Below the pieces are notes generated by a model that had not been told where the DNA came from, did not search any database, and saw only the letters and a program-made list of their open reading frames with translations. The position numbers and the translations under genes are program-made. From Candidatus Bathyarchaeota archaeon (GTDB lineage Archaea > Thermoproteota > Bathyarchaeia > Bathyarchaeales > Bathycorpusculaceae), in contig CAWHDT010000005.1 of the NCBI GenBank assembly GCA_963828195.1, positions 608,001-672,000 on the forward strand: a DNA stretch of 64,000 bases. Direction: 5' to 3'. Of this stretch, positions 1-9,698 are shown one piece after another; the stretch's first letter is position 1; each line of letters begins with the position of its first letter.

Positions 1-169
1 AAGCGCCAATAGGCAGGCAGCCTCAAACCAGTTTACCCGAAACCAGTTTTTAACCCTACCGAAAATCAATGATTGCGACACGGAGAAACTCGTCCCATTT
101 AGCACTACAGCTAGTTTGGATAAAGATGGGTTTAAGATTTGTGGTTTCGCGTCGCTTTGGAAGAAATGG

Positions 170-279
170 TGGTGCCGGGAACGGGATTCGAGCCCGTGAC
201 TTCTGGTTGTAGGACGCTTGCCCCTTACAAACTCCAGATTATGAGTCTGGCGCCCTAGCCAGGCTGAGGCTACCCCGGC
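170..279 (-). tRNA. tRNA-Met(CAU), probably elongator, with 31-nt intron (201..231) in the variable region
   Basis: Reverse strand reads GCCGGGG acceptor / TCCCGGC-ACCA, anticodon arm CCAGA-CTCATAA-TCTGG, T arm ACGGG-CTCGAAT-CCCGT; removing 201..231 restores a canonical AGGTC variable loop. Confidence 0.9.
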
Positions 280-485
280 ACCTAAATTGCCGCCGTTTTT
301 GGTGGCTGAAATGATTTAGTTTGTTTTCCATCATTTAAACTTTTAAAAACATCGTCAAGATTTGTTTATTCAACAATCATTTGGGCAGCCGCATGGAAAA
401 ACCGGGCAGCAACATAAAATAAGCGTTTTAGGAACATAAAATTTATTGGAGCGGAAAACGCAAGGTAGTATGTGGTGAATGCTGT

Positions 486-1079
486 ATGTCTTCTGATAAT
501 GAGGATTACCCTGATTGGATAAAGAAGAGGCGTTCTAAAGAACCCTTTTTCGGTGACATAGATGACATGTTCCGCGAAATGGAAAAGATGATGGATGAAG
601 AGCTGAAAAACTTCGCTGATAATGTGCCCAAAGAATATGTTAAGGAGCGTAAACTGCCCGACGGAAGTACAGTTAAGGAGCTTGGACCCTTCGTTTACGG
701 TTACAGCTTGAAGATTGGGCCCGATGGAAAACCGGAAATTCAAGAGTTTGGAAACATCAAAAAAAGCCTCAAAGGAGCGCCGCAGGTCAAAGAAGAACGG
801 GAGCCGCTGGTTGACATCGTGGAAACAAACGGCGAAGTCCATGTGGTGGTGGAGCTTCCAGGAGTAGAAAAAAGCGACATAAAGCTTCACGGCACTGAAG
901 ATTCAATAACGATTTCGGTTGATACTCCCCAGTACAAGTACTATAAAGACGTTGAGTTGCCCGTGAAAGTTAAGGTTAGAGAAGCAACCTCAAGCTACAA
1001 GAACGGCGTCTTAGAAGTGGTGCTTCCAAAAGCAGAACCGGAAAAGAACCCGAAGGGAGAACCCATCGGCATAACCTAA
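486..1079 (+). CDS. hsp20: Archaeal small heat shock protein (Hsp20)
   Basis: GPFVYGYS..IGPDGKP and EREPLVD...ELPGVEK...YKNGVLEV alpha-crystallin motifs. Confidence 0.93.
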   Translation: MSSDNEDYPDWIKKRRSKEPFFGDIDDMFREMEKMMDEELKNFADNVPKEYVKERKLPDGSTVKELGPFVYGYSLKIGPDGKPEIQEFGNIKKSLKGAPQVKEEREPLVDIVETNGEVHVVVELPGVEKSDIKLHGTEDSITISVDTPQYKYYKDVELPVKVKVREATSSYKNGVLEVVLPKAEPEKNPKGEPIGIT

Positions 1080-1116
1080 AAGCTAATTACCTATCCTTTC
1101 CAGTTGCGAGTACACA

Positions 1117-1527
1117 ATGGACGAGAATTCAGAGATAGATACGTTAAACGCTATTTGTCGAGAAGCAAAATCAGCGGGCAAACTGTCAGGCAACAACCTG
1201 ACGGAGCTCTACGAGCTTTTCGGGTCCAGATTCACAAAAGCCTTAGATGCATTAAAAGAGAACCGAGTGAAAAAATACGTTTTTAAGCCAAGCGGAAGAA
1301 CAGTTTGGATAGTTATCGGCAGAGAACGCGATTACCTGATTATGCCAGAAGCCGAGTTTTGCACGTGCGACGACTTCTATTTTCGGGTTTTAGACAAAAA
1401 AGTTCACATGTGCTATCATCTTTTGACGCAGAAGATCGCGCAGAATCTAGGCTGGTTTGAAACCATCGAGGAAAATGATGAGTGCTTTGACATGTTGATG
1501 AATGAGTGGAAAAAAGCGACACCTTAA
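1117..1527 (+). CDS. SWIM zinc-finger protein
   Basis: CTCDDF...CYH (CxC..CxH) SWIM signature. Confidence 0.8.
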   Translation: MDENSEIDTLNAICREAKSAGKLSGNNLTELYELFGSRFTKALDALKENRVKKYVFKPSGRTVWIVIGRERDYLIMPEAEFCTCDDFYFRVLDKKVHMCYHLLTQKIAQNLGWFETIEENDECFDMLMNEWKKATP

Positions 1528-1572
1528 ATATTTAGATGCTACAAGGATAAGTAAAATGCAAGGAGAATCTCT

Positions 1573-1695
1573 ATGGATTTAGGCGCTTACTTCCAAACTT
1601 TAGAATACGTCGCAATGGGCTCAGTATTTATTTCTCTGGTACTAATCTTCCTCTACGCATATTACGGCAAAGATGAAGAGATAGTAAACGAGTAA
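1573..1695 (+). CDS. 40-aa single-pass membrane microprotein (not in ORF track)
   Basis: AGGAG at 1561-1565, then MDLGAYFQTLEYVAMGSVFISLVLIFLYAYYGKDEEIVNE; hydrophobic core and acidic tail. Confidence 0.6.
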   Translation: MDLGAYFQTLEYVAMGSVFISLVLIFLYAYYGKDEEIVNE

Positions 1696-1709
1696 CCCGT
1701 TTTCCGCTT

Positions 1710-2006
1710 CTAACTGTTAAACCCAATTCTTCTTCTATTCATAACCAAAAAGAACACTATACTCAAAACTGCAAGAATTATACCAATCACAATCAGCCAG
1801 ACAGCATTGGGCCCTGAACCAAAAACAATTGGGAATGGACCGATAAAAATAACAACGCCAGCACTTCCTGAACCCCCAAAAAACGCTGATGCAACCGCTA
1901 AAACCACTATGCCCACGAAAACGAGGGCAATTCCCAAAATCAAAAAACCAAAAAGTCTACTGGATACAGGGGTGCCTTCGTCTTCATTTTCCTGCTCACT
2001 TAACAC
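1710..2006 (-). CDS. DUF131/TIGR00304-like membrane protein
   Basis: GVVIFIGPFPIVFGS motif between two TM helices. Confidence 0.8.
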   Translation of the reverse strand: MLSEQENEDEGTPVSSRLFGFLILGIALVFVGIVVLAVASAFFGGSGSAGVVIFIGPFPIVFGSGPNAVWLIVIGIILAVLSIVFFLVMNRRRIGFNS

Positions 2007-2011
2007 GGCGT

Positions 2012-2272
2012 TTACCTCAAAACCCAGAAATATATCACCATTGCAATCACGACGACTACGGTAAGAGCTAAAGCAAGAGCCAAAACAGATTTAACTAATT
2101 TCTTATCAGTGTCAAAAATTATCGGAATAGGACCAATCATAATTACGCCTGCGGCCTTGACCTTGCCTTTTCCAGCGCCGCGCATCGAAACTAAGATAAT
2201 GGCTACAACAATAATGATGATTCCCGCGGCAACCAACGCTAATCCGAATGCATAAAAAACCGCAAGATCCAC
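2012..2272 (-). CDS. DUF131/TIGR00304-like membrane protein (tandem paralog; likely GTG start 2272)
   Basis: AAGVIMIGPIPIIF motif; GGAGG upstream of GTG. Confidence 0.78.
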   Translation of the reverse strand: MDLAVFYAFGLALVAAGIIIIVVAIILVSMRGAGKGKVKAAGVIMIGPIPIIFDTDKKLVKSVLALALALTVVVVIAMVIYFWVLR

Positions 2273-2393
2273 TTGTTTTTTCCTCCAGCAGCTCCCACTA
2301 GTATGAAACTGCGTTTTTAATAAATATAGCAATTCGCGGGTGAAAACGCAAAAAATTAAAAGCCCCTGCATATCTTAATCGTGTCGGCGCAAA

Positions 2394-3548
2394 ATGAGCA
2401 CACAGGACTTAATTGGCAAGATTCTTGCAAAAAACCCAGAGATCAGCCAAGCGCAAATTCTCGAGAAATTACAGGCTGAAAAATCCAGAACCGGCGGTTT
2501 ACTTGGTGACGAGACGCTTCTAAGATTGATCGCCGCCAGATACGGCGTTGAAGTACAACAAAACATAATAAGCAATACTGGAATCCTATCGACAAACCGC
2601 TTGTTCGCTGGCTTAAACGATGTTACTGTGGCAGGTCGGTTAATCGCGGTTTTTCCAGCACGAACCTTCGAAGGAGAGAAACCCGGCAAATTCGCAACGT
2701 TGATGCTTGCTGACCAAGACGGCGTTCTGCGTGTGGTGCTGTGGAATGATAAGGCGGATTTGGTTGAGAAGGGCGAGTTGAATGTTGGGCAGGCGGTTCG
2801 GCTGGTTCATGGGTACACGCGGCAGGATCGCTCGGGCAAAGTTGAGTTGCATCTTGGCGGCAAAAGCCAAATAGAAATTGAACCTAAAGAAAAAGCCGAC
2901 GAGTACCCAGGCATCGACAAGTTCGCCGCCAAAATAGGTTCCTTAAACAAAACTTCTGGAAACGTGCATCTTTCAGGTAACGTAAAAACGGTTTTAGGCT
3001 TAACAAAGTTCACTCGGACGGATCAAAGCGATGGGGCAGTTATGCGGTTCACTTTAGCAGATGAATCTGGGGAAGTGGCAGTGGTTGCTTGGAACGAAAA
3101 AGCCCAGGAATTAGAGAGAAACCTCAAAGTGAACGCGTGTTTGCAGTTGGGCAACGCTAAAGTTAAAGAAGCCCAAAATGGCGCCCTAGAAGTTCACGTT
3201 GACTTCACCAGTTTCGTCAATGTTCAAGCTGCCGCACCGCAGTTGACGAAAATATCCAGTTTAACTGAGAACCAAATAGCCAACGTTGAAGGAATAGTTG
3301 CAACGGTTCCTGAAAGCAAAGAAGTAAACACTTCGAAAGGAGAAACCGTGAAGCTGACGGTTTTTGAGTTAAAAGACGAGTCTGGCACCGTTCGGGTTTC
3401 GGCTTGGCGCCAACACTCGGAAGCGCTCAGCGGGTTAAAGGTTGGGGGCAAGTTGCTTTTGGAAAATGCTTATGTGAAAAAAGGTTTTGGGGGTAAAATG
3501 GAGTTATCCACCCGAAGTGCGACTGCCGTATCAATCATGCCGCCTTAA
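2394..3548 (+). CDS. rpa: Replication protein A (multi OB-fold ssDNA-binding protein)
   Basis: Three OB repeats (LADQDGVLRVVLWN, LADESGEVAVVAWN, LKDESGTVRVSAW) plus N-terminal helical domain. Confidence 0.85.
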   Translation: MSTQDLIGKILAKNPEISQAQILEKLQAEKSRTGGLLGDETLLRLIAARYGVEVQQNIISNTGILSTNRLFAGLNDVTVAGRLIAVFPARTFEGEKPGKFATLMLADQDGVLRVVLWNDKADLVEKGELNVGQAVRLVHGYTRQDRSGKVELHLGGKSQIEIEPKEKADEYPGIDKFAAKIGSLNKTSGNVHLSGNVKTVLGLTKFTRTDQSDGAVMRFTLADESGEVAVVAWNEKAQELERNLKVNACLQLGNAKVKEAQNGALEVHVDFTSFVNVQAAAPQLTKISSLTENQIANVEGIVATVPESKEVNTSKGETVKLTVFELKDESGTVRVSAWRQHSEALSGLKVGGKLLLENAYVKKGFGGKMELSTRSATAVSIMPP

Positions 3549-3613
3549 CTTTTCAGATACTACGCATTTGCCGTTTCGTTGTTTCGTCGATAATCAAGCA
3601 TTATGAACCGTTA

Positions 3614-4183
3614 TTATGCACTCTTGGGCTGCCTTTTTGTTCTGGGTCTTGTAATCTTACGTTTTTGCCTTTTCGCATTCTCGTCAGTTGCGGATTTTGT
3701 CAAAAAGAATTGTTTTAAGTTTACTGACCAAGGGAGTTTTTGGCAGTATGCTTCAGCTGTTGGAAAAACTGCTTTCACACGGTCAAAACGCTTCTTTCCC
3801 CCAATTTTCTCTCCAAGCATTATAACATCCTTTGGCTTGCTGAAGTGTTCAACTTTGCCGTCTTCACGTTTCCGCTCGATTTTTATGCAGTCATCAACCA
3901 TGCAGTTCAGCACGCAGGCGCCGCAGTAGACGCATAGGTCCTCGGTGATTCCTATTTCGCCAGTTTTCCAGTATAAAGCGTTAGTTGGGCAGGCTTTAAC
4001 GCATAACTTGCATTGGACGCCCGCGCAGGTGTATTTGTTTACGCTGATGTTTCCTTCTTTGAAAAGTTCTTTTACGCCTGTTGGCTCCAAAAGCTCTTTT
4101 CTGCGCTTCTTTTTCGCCTCTTCAGGAGTATCTTCTGACATTAAGCCGAATATGTCAACGTTAGAAACGCTTTTCTCAGGCAT
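3614..4183 (-). CDS. 4Fe-4S dicluster ferredoxin-domain protein
   Basis: CAGVQCKLCVKACP and CVYCGACVLNC motifs. Confidence 0.8.
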   Translation of the reverse strand: MPEKSVSNVDIFGLMSEDTPEEAKKKRRKELLEPTGVKELFKEGNISVNKYTCAGVQCKLCVKACPTNALYWKTGEIGITEDLCVYCGACVLNCMVDDCIKIERKREDGKVEHFSKPKDVIMLGEKIGGKKRFDRVKAVFPTAEAYCQKLPWSVNLKQFFLTKSATDENAKRQKRKITRPRTKRQPKSA

Positions 4184-4397
4184 TTGGGACCACAGCTGGA
4201 AATGGTTTAGTTTAGATACGTTTTATGATTATTATTACTTATCCATGTTTTAGCAGTTTTAACGCGGGCAATCAACACATTTTCCAGTTTAAGAAATTCT
4301 GTGCCTTTAGCCACAGATGCCTTTATAAAATTGGTTAATATTTTTAAAGACACAAGGAATTTTTAAATAATAAACATTTTTAAGAAAAAAACAAGCG

Positions 4398-5858
4398 GTG
4401 AAGAAAATGCAAAACTCCCAAAGCCAACCAACCGCCAATTCGCCAAAGCACAGCAACATAGTGTTGGGCATCGTGATGCTTGGAACCCTTATGGGCGCAC
4501 TTGACAGCACCATCGTCCTTCTGGCTTTTCCAACAATAAATGACAGCCTCCACTCCAACTTAGCAACTTCGCTTTGGATTATCCTCGCTTACCTTCTTGT
4601 CCTCGCCGTCGCAACAACGCAGATGGGCAGGATAGGAGACATCTACGGCAGAAGCAGAATGTTCAACTTGGGCTTTGTAATTTTCACTGTCGGCTCTGCT
4701 TTATGCGGTTTCTCAACTCACATCTACCTTCTAATCGGCTTTAGAGTAGTTCAAGCGGTTGGAGGAGCCCTCCTGCAAGCAACCAGCGGAGCCATAATAG
4801 CCGACTATTTCCCAAGAGAAAGACGCGGCAGAGCCTACGGCTACAATTCACTTGGCTTCACGGCTGGCGCAATGCTAGGAATCGTTTTAGGCGGAATAAT
4901 CACCACTTTTGTCAGCTGGCAATACATCTTTTTCATAAACATCCCAATCGGCATAATCGCAGTGATAGTGGGCATGAAATACATCAAGGACGCCGAAAAA
5001 ACATCCGCTAAACTGGATCTGGTCGGCATGGGGCTGCTTGGCTCATCATTGGTGCTGATCTCGTATGGTCTGGTGAATTTCGCGTCAAACGGTCTGAGCG
5101 TCTTCAACCTCTCTTTAACGGCTCTTGGAGCGGTGCTGATGCCCGTTTTTATATTGTTTGACCGCAGGATTAAAAATCCACTGATTGATTTTGAGGCACT
5201 TAAGGTTAGGGTTCTTAGAACTGCGCTTTTTTCATCTTTCTTCGTCAGTGTTGGCTACTTTTCTGTGGTGTTTCTGGTGATAATGTACCTGCAGGGTATA
5301 CGGGCGCTTTCCCCGTTGAATGCTTCTTTGCTGCTGGTGCCCGGATACGTGGCGGGGAGTTTTCTTGGTCCAATAATGGGCAGACTCTCCGACAAATACG
5401 GCTCAAGAGAAATCGCCACAATGGGCGTATTCTTCCTAGGCCTCGCCATAGTGATTTATTTAACGATGACCGCGACCTCGCCGCTCTACATTGCGCTTTT
5501 CGCTTCCGCAGTCTCAGGCTTAGGCACATCAATGTTCTTCCCAGCTAACAACAGCGCCGTTATGGCAAATGCACGAGCAGGGTCATTTGGCAGCATTTCT
5601 GGCTTACTTAGAACTGTTCAAAACATCGGGTTAGTGGGGAGCTACGTTTTGGCAATTTCGGTTGCGGCAGCGTCAATACCCAGGTATGTGGCTTTTGAAG
5701 TGTTTATCGGAACCAAAAGCCTCTCAGGCGGAGTCAGCCAAGCATTCATATCGGGCATAGACCATGCATTTTACGCCTCAATAGCTATACTAGTAATTGC
5801 AGGCATACTGTCATTTATCAGGGGCAAAGACGTAAGAAACCAAGCACCCGCCAAATGA
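4398..5858 (+). CDS. MFS transporter, DHA2 (EmrB/QacA) type
   Basis: LDSTIV, GRIGDIYGR motif A, WQYIFFINIPIG; many TM segments. Confidence 0.92.
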   Translation: MKKMQNSQSQPTANSPKHSNIVLGIVMLGTLMGALDSTIVLLAFPTINDSLHSNLATSLWIILAYLLVLAVATTQMGRIGDIYGRSRMFNLGFVIFTVGSALCGFSTHIYLLIGFRVVQAVGGALLQATSGAIIADYFPRERRGRAYGYNSLGFTAGAMLGIVLGGIITTFVSWQYIFFINIPIGIIAVIVGMKYIKDAEKTSAKLDLVGMGLLGSSLVLISYGLVNFASNGLSVFNLSLTALGAVLMPVFILFDRRIKNPLIDFEALKVRVLRTALFSSFFVSVGYFSVVFLVIMYLQGIRALSPLNASLLLVPGYVAGSFLGPIMGRLSDKYGSREIATMGVFFLGLAIVIYLTMTATSPLYIALFASAVSGLGTSMFFPANNSAVMANARAGSFGSISGLLRTVQNIGLVGSYVLAISVAAASIPRYVAFEVFIGTKSLSGGVSQAFISGIDHAFYASIAILVIAGILSFIRGKDVRNQAPAK

Positions 5859-5939
5859 GCACCTGTCATGCCAAAAAACCTAATTAATCATCCAAAACAT
5901 TATCCTTAAACCATGACTTAGCAGTCCGGGTGATGTAGC

Positions 5940-6896
5940 TTGAGTAAACTAAAATTTGGAGTTTTTCTTCCGTTCTATGCGTTCCAAACAAAAGAGCCCG
6001 GGCTCAATTTCAGCTTTATTCGAGATGCGGCGTTGGAGTGTGAACGTTTAGGCTACGATTCAGTTTGGCTTGACGACCACCTTATGTTTGGTGACTGGCC
6101 AATTCTTGATTGCTGGATGACTCTCTCAGCGCTTGCCCCGTTAACCAGCAAGATACGGTTGGGAACCATGGTTTCCTGCAACGCCCATCGAAACCCAGCT
6201 TTGCTTGCCAAAGCCGCTGCCACCCTGGATGTCTTGTCAAACGGCAGGTTAGAATTTGGCATCGGCGCGGGCACCCAAGAAAACGAGCACGTCGCTTACG
6301 GTTTAGGTTATCCACCGCTAAACGTCAGGGTGCAGCGTTTGGCTGAGGGTTTAGAGGTGATAAAACGTCTTTGGATTCAACCAAAAGCAAACTTTGAGGG
6401 ACAACACTATGCGCTGAAAGATGCCGTTTGCGAGCCTAAACCCGTCCAGAAACCTTATCCGCCTATAACTGTGGGCGGAAGCGGCGAACTGCTAATGCGG
6501 AAAGCAACCGCCCCGTATGCAGACAGGTTCGACTGGGGCTTCTTACCATCCATTGAAGCCTACAAGCATAAGGTGGAGGTTCTTGAGGAACAATGCAAAG
6601 CAGTTGGCAGAGATTTTGGCGAAGTTGAGAAGTCCTGCTGGCCTGGCGGCCAAGTATTAATTGCTCATAATCAAAAAGACCTCGGCGAAAAGATTTCCAA
6701 GCGAAAACCCGCAAACATCGGCTCTGAGGATTTCAGAAAAACACTTTTGGCGGGAACTCCAGATGAATGCATTTTGCAGCTGCGCCGATATGTGGATTTG
6801 GGTGTGACTTACTTTATGTTGTTTTTCGGTGATTTCCCGAGTTTAGATGGTTTGAAGCTGTTTGCTGAAGAAGTTGTTGGGAAAATGAAGGGTTAG
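5940..6896 (+). CDS. LLM-class (luciferase-like, probably F420-dependent) oxidoreductase
   Basis: GYDSVWLDDH, RNPALLAKAAATLDVLSNGRLEFGIGAG, PKPVQKPYPPI. Confidence 0.92.
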   Translation: MSKLKFGVFLPFYAFQTKEPGLNFSFIRDAALECERLGYDSVWLDDHLMFGDWPILDCWMTLSALAPLTSKIRLGTMVSCNAHRNPALLAKAAATLDVLSNGRLEFGIGAGTQENEHVAYGLGYPPLNVRVQRLAEGLEVIKRLWIQPKANFEGQHYALKDAVCEPKPVQKPYPPITVGGSGELLMRKATAPYADRFDWGFLPSIEAYKHKVEVLEEQCKAVGRDFGEVEKSCWPGGQVLIAHNQKDLGEKISKRKPANIGSEDFRKTLLAGTPDECILQLRRYVDLGVTYFMLFFGDFPSLDGLKLFAEEVVGKMKG

Positions 6897-7249
6897 AGGT
6901 CGCCTCTGGCGATGTGAGATAATTCATGCAGAATAATTTGGTTTAAGCTATTGTAGGGTTTTTCCCTGACAAGGATCACGTATTCAGCGTCTTCGGTTTC
7001 TTCAGCGTTAAAGACGCAGGCATCAGTGCCGCTGGTTGAAAGAACCCTGCCCCACTCCTCAATCTCGCGCAAATCATCTTCAACGCATTGCCTATGCTCG
7101 ATCACATGGTTAAAATCTTCATCGCTTAACTTGAGCGCTTTAACTTTAGGCAGCGGCTTACGCGACAGGGTTCTCCACGCCTTAACAAGCTGCCTTTTAC
7201 GTATGGGCTTAGCTGCCTTTTTGATTTCGACGCCTTCAACTAAAACCAT
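6893..7249 (-). CDS. Hypothetical protein with C-terminal HExxH (zincin-like) motif
   Basis: IILHELSHIARGD; stop overlaps stop of convergent neighbour. Confidence 0.6.
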   Translation of the reverse strand: MVLVEGVEIKKAAKPIRKRQLVKAWRTLSRKPLPKVKALKLSDEDFNHVIEHRQCVEDDLREIEEWGRVLSTSGTDACVFNAEETEDAEYVILVREKPYNSLNQIILHELSHIARGDL

Positions 7250-7484
7250 AAAAGCACTTCCAAAAATCAGGCTTCACGCAGAAAAACAACATGCCTAATC
7301 AAAGTCTGGCAACAATAAGAACAAGGGCTTTTACCGTAAAAACATTTGCAGTAGTTACGCTACTACCACAACCAGAGTTTTAAACGGGGGACTAAAAAAA
7401 CTAAATAGAGCTCAAAAGCTGCACATGATTTTTGGCATTTATATAAATAATAAAGAGATGTTAGCGTACAATGTTAAATAAGTT

Positions 7485-7919
7485 TTATTTACGGTGCATT
7501 TCTACTTGTTCTTTTAGCGCTTTATTCATTTCATTGAATCCGCGTAGCGTGTCTTTCTCCAGGCTTTTAGCAAGAAGCCTGACGAAAAGCCCATTGAAGA
7601 GTTCTTTTTGTTCAAAGTGCGCTTTGTTATTTTCGACCGATTCAATTGTTAAGATGTGTTCTCCGTCAAAAAGCCCGTTAACCCAAAGATGACCGATCCA
7701 TCTTAGCTCTCTTGGCGGGTCAGCGTTGAGCACTGTCGGTTTGAAAGTAGATCCCTCGCGCCTGTGGGCTGAATGCCCACTTCAAGCTTCGCTCAGGTCA
7801 CCTTTTATCCAACGCATAAATGGGTTCCAATCGGGGAACTTTGCGAAATCCGTAAGCACTGACCAAACTTCTTCAGGTGAGGCGTTAATATCGATGCTAC
7901 TTGCTAATTCTTTCCTCAA
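7485..7919 (-). pseudogene. SRPBCC/polyketide cyclase-domain gene interrupted by in-frame TGA (7782..7784)
   Basis: TTG at 7919 gives MRKELASSIDINASPEEVWSVLTDFAKFPDWNPF..., same frame as the downstream RELRWIGHLWVNGLFDGEH part, separated by TGA. Confidence 0.8.
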
Positions 7920-8000
7920 AACTATACCCATATTATTTTTGGGTAAGGAGCGAATTAAGCTTATCTTTTCTTTCTGCCTTGGCGAAGTTTCTGGGGTAGC

Positions 8001-9629
8001 TTATTCTGATGGGGTGGGTGAGTATCTGCTCAGGTAGCCTTTGGAAATTTTGGGTTTCCTTGGCTTCCACGCAGCCAACCGCTCGTTAAGCTCCTTCTCA
8101 GACAACTCAACTTTCAGAACTCTATCAGGGATGTCAATTGTTATTTTGTCGCCGTTTTTAAGCGCCGCAATTGGTCCTCCTTCGAAAGCTTCAGGCGCAA
8201 CGTGCCCGATGCAGGGTCCACGGGTCGCACCTGAAAATCTGCCATCAGTTATCAAAGCCACACTTTCGCTCAAGCCCATGCCTGCAATTGTGGCTGTTGG
8301 AATCAGCATTTCGGGCATTCCAGGTCCACCTCTTGGTCCTTCATAACGGATAACCACAATGTCGCCTGCAACCACTTCATGGCGTTTCATGGCTTCTTCC
8401 GCTTCGTGCTCTGAATCATAAACTTTAGCTGGACCCACATGCTTAAGCATGTTAGGCGAGACCGCCGCCATCTTCACCACTGAACCTTGCGGGGCTAAGT
8501 TGCCTCTGAGGATAGCGATGCCGCCTTCCTTGTGAACTGGATTACTCAATGGGCGAATGACCTCAGCATTTATGACTTTGGCGTCTGCGACGTTTTCGCC
8601 AACTGTTTTGCCTGTAACCGTTAAAGCGTCAAAATGCTCAAATGGCTTAAGCTCTTTAATCAATGCGGGTAAACCGCCAGCGTTGCCTAAGTCCGCCATG
8701 TCAAAAGAGCCAGTTGGAACCATATTGCACAGATGCGGAACCTTGCGTCCGATCGCGTCGTAGGTTGAGAGGTCAAGTTTTGCTCCTGCTTCGTTGGCTA
8801 TTGCTGAAAGATGCAGAACAGTGTTTGTGGAGCCGCCGAGCGCCATGTCAACCGCCGCAGCGTTTTCGAAGGCGTTTTGGGTCATTATCTGCGACGGCTT
8901 GATGTCTTTCTTTATAAGTTCAACTATTTTCTGTCCAGTCTCTTTGGCTATTCTCTGCTTTAAAGCGCCATTCGCTAATGCTGTAGCGCAGTAAGGAAGA
9001 GACATGCCTAACGCTTCAGTCATACAAGCCATCGTGTTCGCTGTAAACATGCCGTTGCATGAACCGCAGCCGGGACAAGCCACGTTCTCCAACTTCGCTG
9101 ACTCCTCAGCCGTCATTTTGCCCGCGAAGACTTTACCGACTGCTTCAAAAACGTTGTTAACCCCAACTTTTTTTCCGTCCAAAATGCCAGATTCCATTGG
9201 CCCACCCGTGACAGAGATGGCGGGTACGTTTAACCGCGCGGCAGCCATAAGCATGCCCGGCGTCACTTTGTCGCAGTTTGAAATCAGTACCATGCCGTCT
9301 AAACGGTGGGCTTGCATCATGATTTCTACTGAGTCAGCAATTAACTCGCGGCTTGGAAGGCTGTACCGCATGCCTTCGTGACCCATGGCTATGCCGTCGC
9401 ATACGGCTATGGTGTTGAATTCGAAGGGTGTTCCGCCGGCTTCCAAAATGCCTTCTTTCACTGCTTCGCCCAAGGCTCTTAGGTGAATGTGCCCAGGAAC
9501 TATGGATGTGTAACTGTTAGCTATCCCGATGAATGGTTTAGCTATATCTTGGTCTGTTAAACCTAAACTTTTCAAGAGGGCTCTATGTGGCGCCCGTTCA
9601 GTTCCCTTTTTTATTTCATCGCTACGCAT
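8001..9629 (-). CDS. ilvD: Dihydroxy-acid dehydratase
   Basis: [41 protein letters not shown]. Confidence 0.97.
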   Translation of the reverse strand: MRSDEIKKGTERAPHRALLKSLGLTDQDIAKPFIGIANSYTSIVPGHIHLRALGEAVKEGILEAGGTPFEFNTIAVCDGIAMGHEGMRYSLPSRELIADSVEIMMQAHRLDGMVLISNCDKVTPGMLMAAARLNVPAISVTGGPMESGILDGKKVGVNNVFEAVGKVFAGKMTAEESAKLENVACPGCGSCNGMFTANTMACMTEALGMSLPYCATALANGALKQRIAKETGQKIVELIKKDIKPSQIMTQNAFENAAAVDMALGGSTNTVLHLSAIANEAGAKLDLSTYDAIGRKVPHLCNMVPTGSFDMADLGNAGGLPALIKELKPFEHFDALTVTGKTVGENVADAKVINAEVIRPLSNPVHKEGGIAILRGNLAPQGSVVKMAAVSPNMLKHVGPAKVYDSEHEAEEAMKRHEVVAGDIVVIRYEGPRGGPGMPEMLIPTATIAGMGLSESVALITDGRFSGATRGPCIGHVAPEAFEGGPIAALKNGDKITIDIPDRVLKVELSEKELNERLAAWKPRKPKISKGYLSRYSPTPSE

Positions 9630-9698
9630 TTCTATTAACCTCTTTGCTCAATTAAGACACCAATAATTTTATATTTAAGGGTGACGCCTTGAAAAGAG

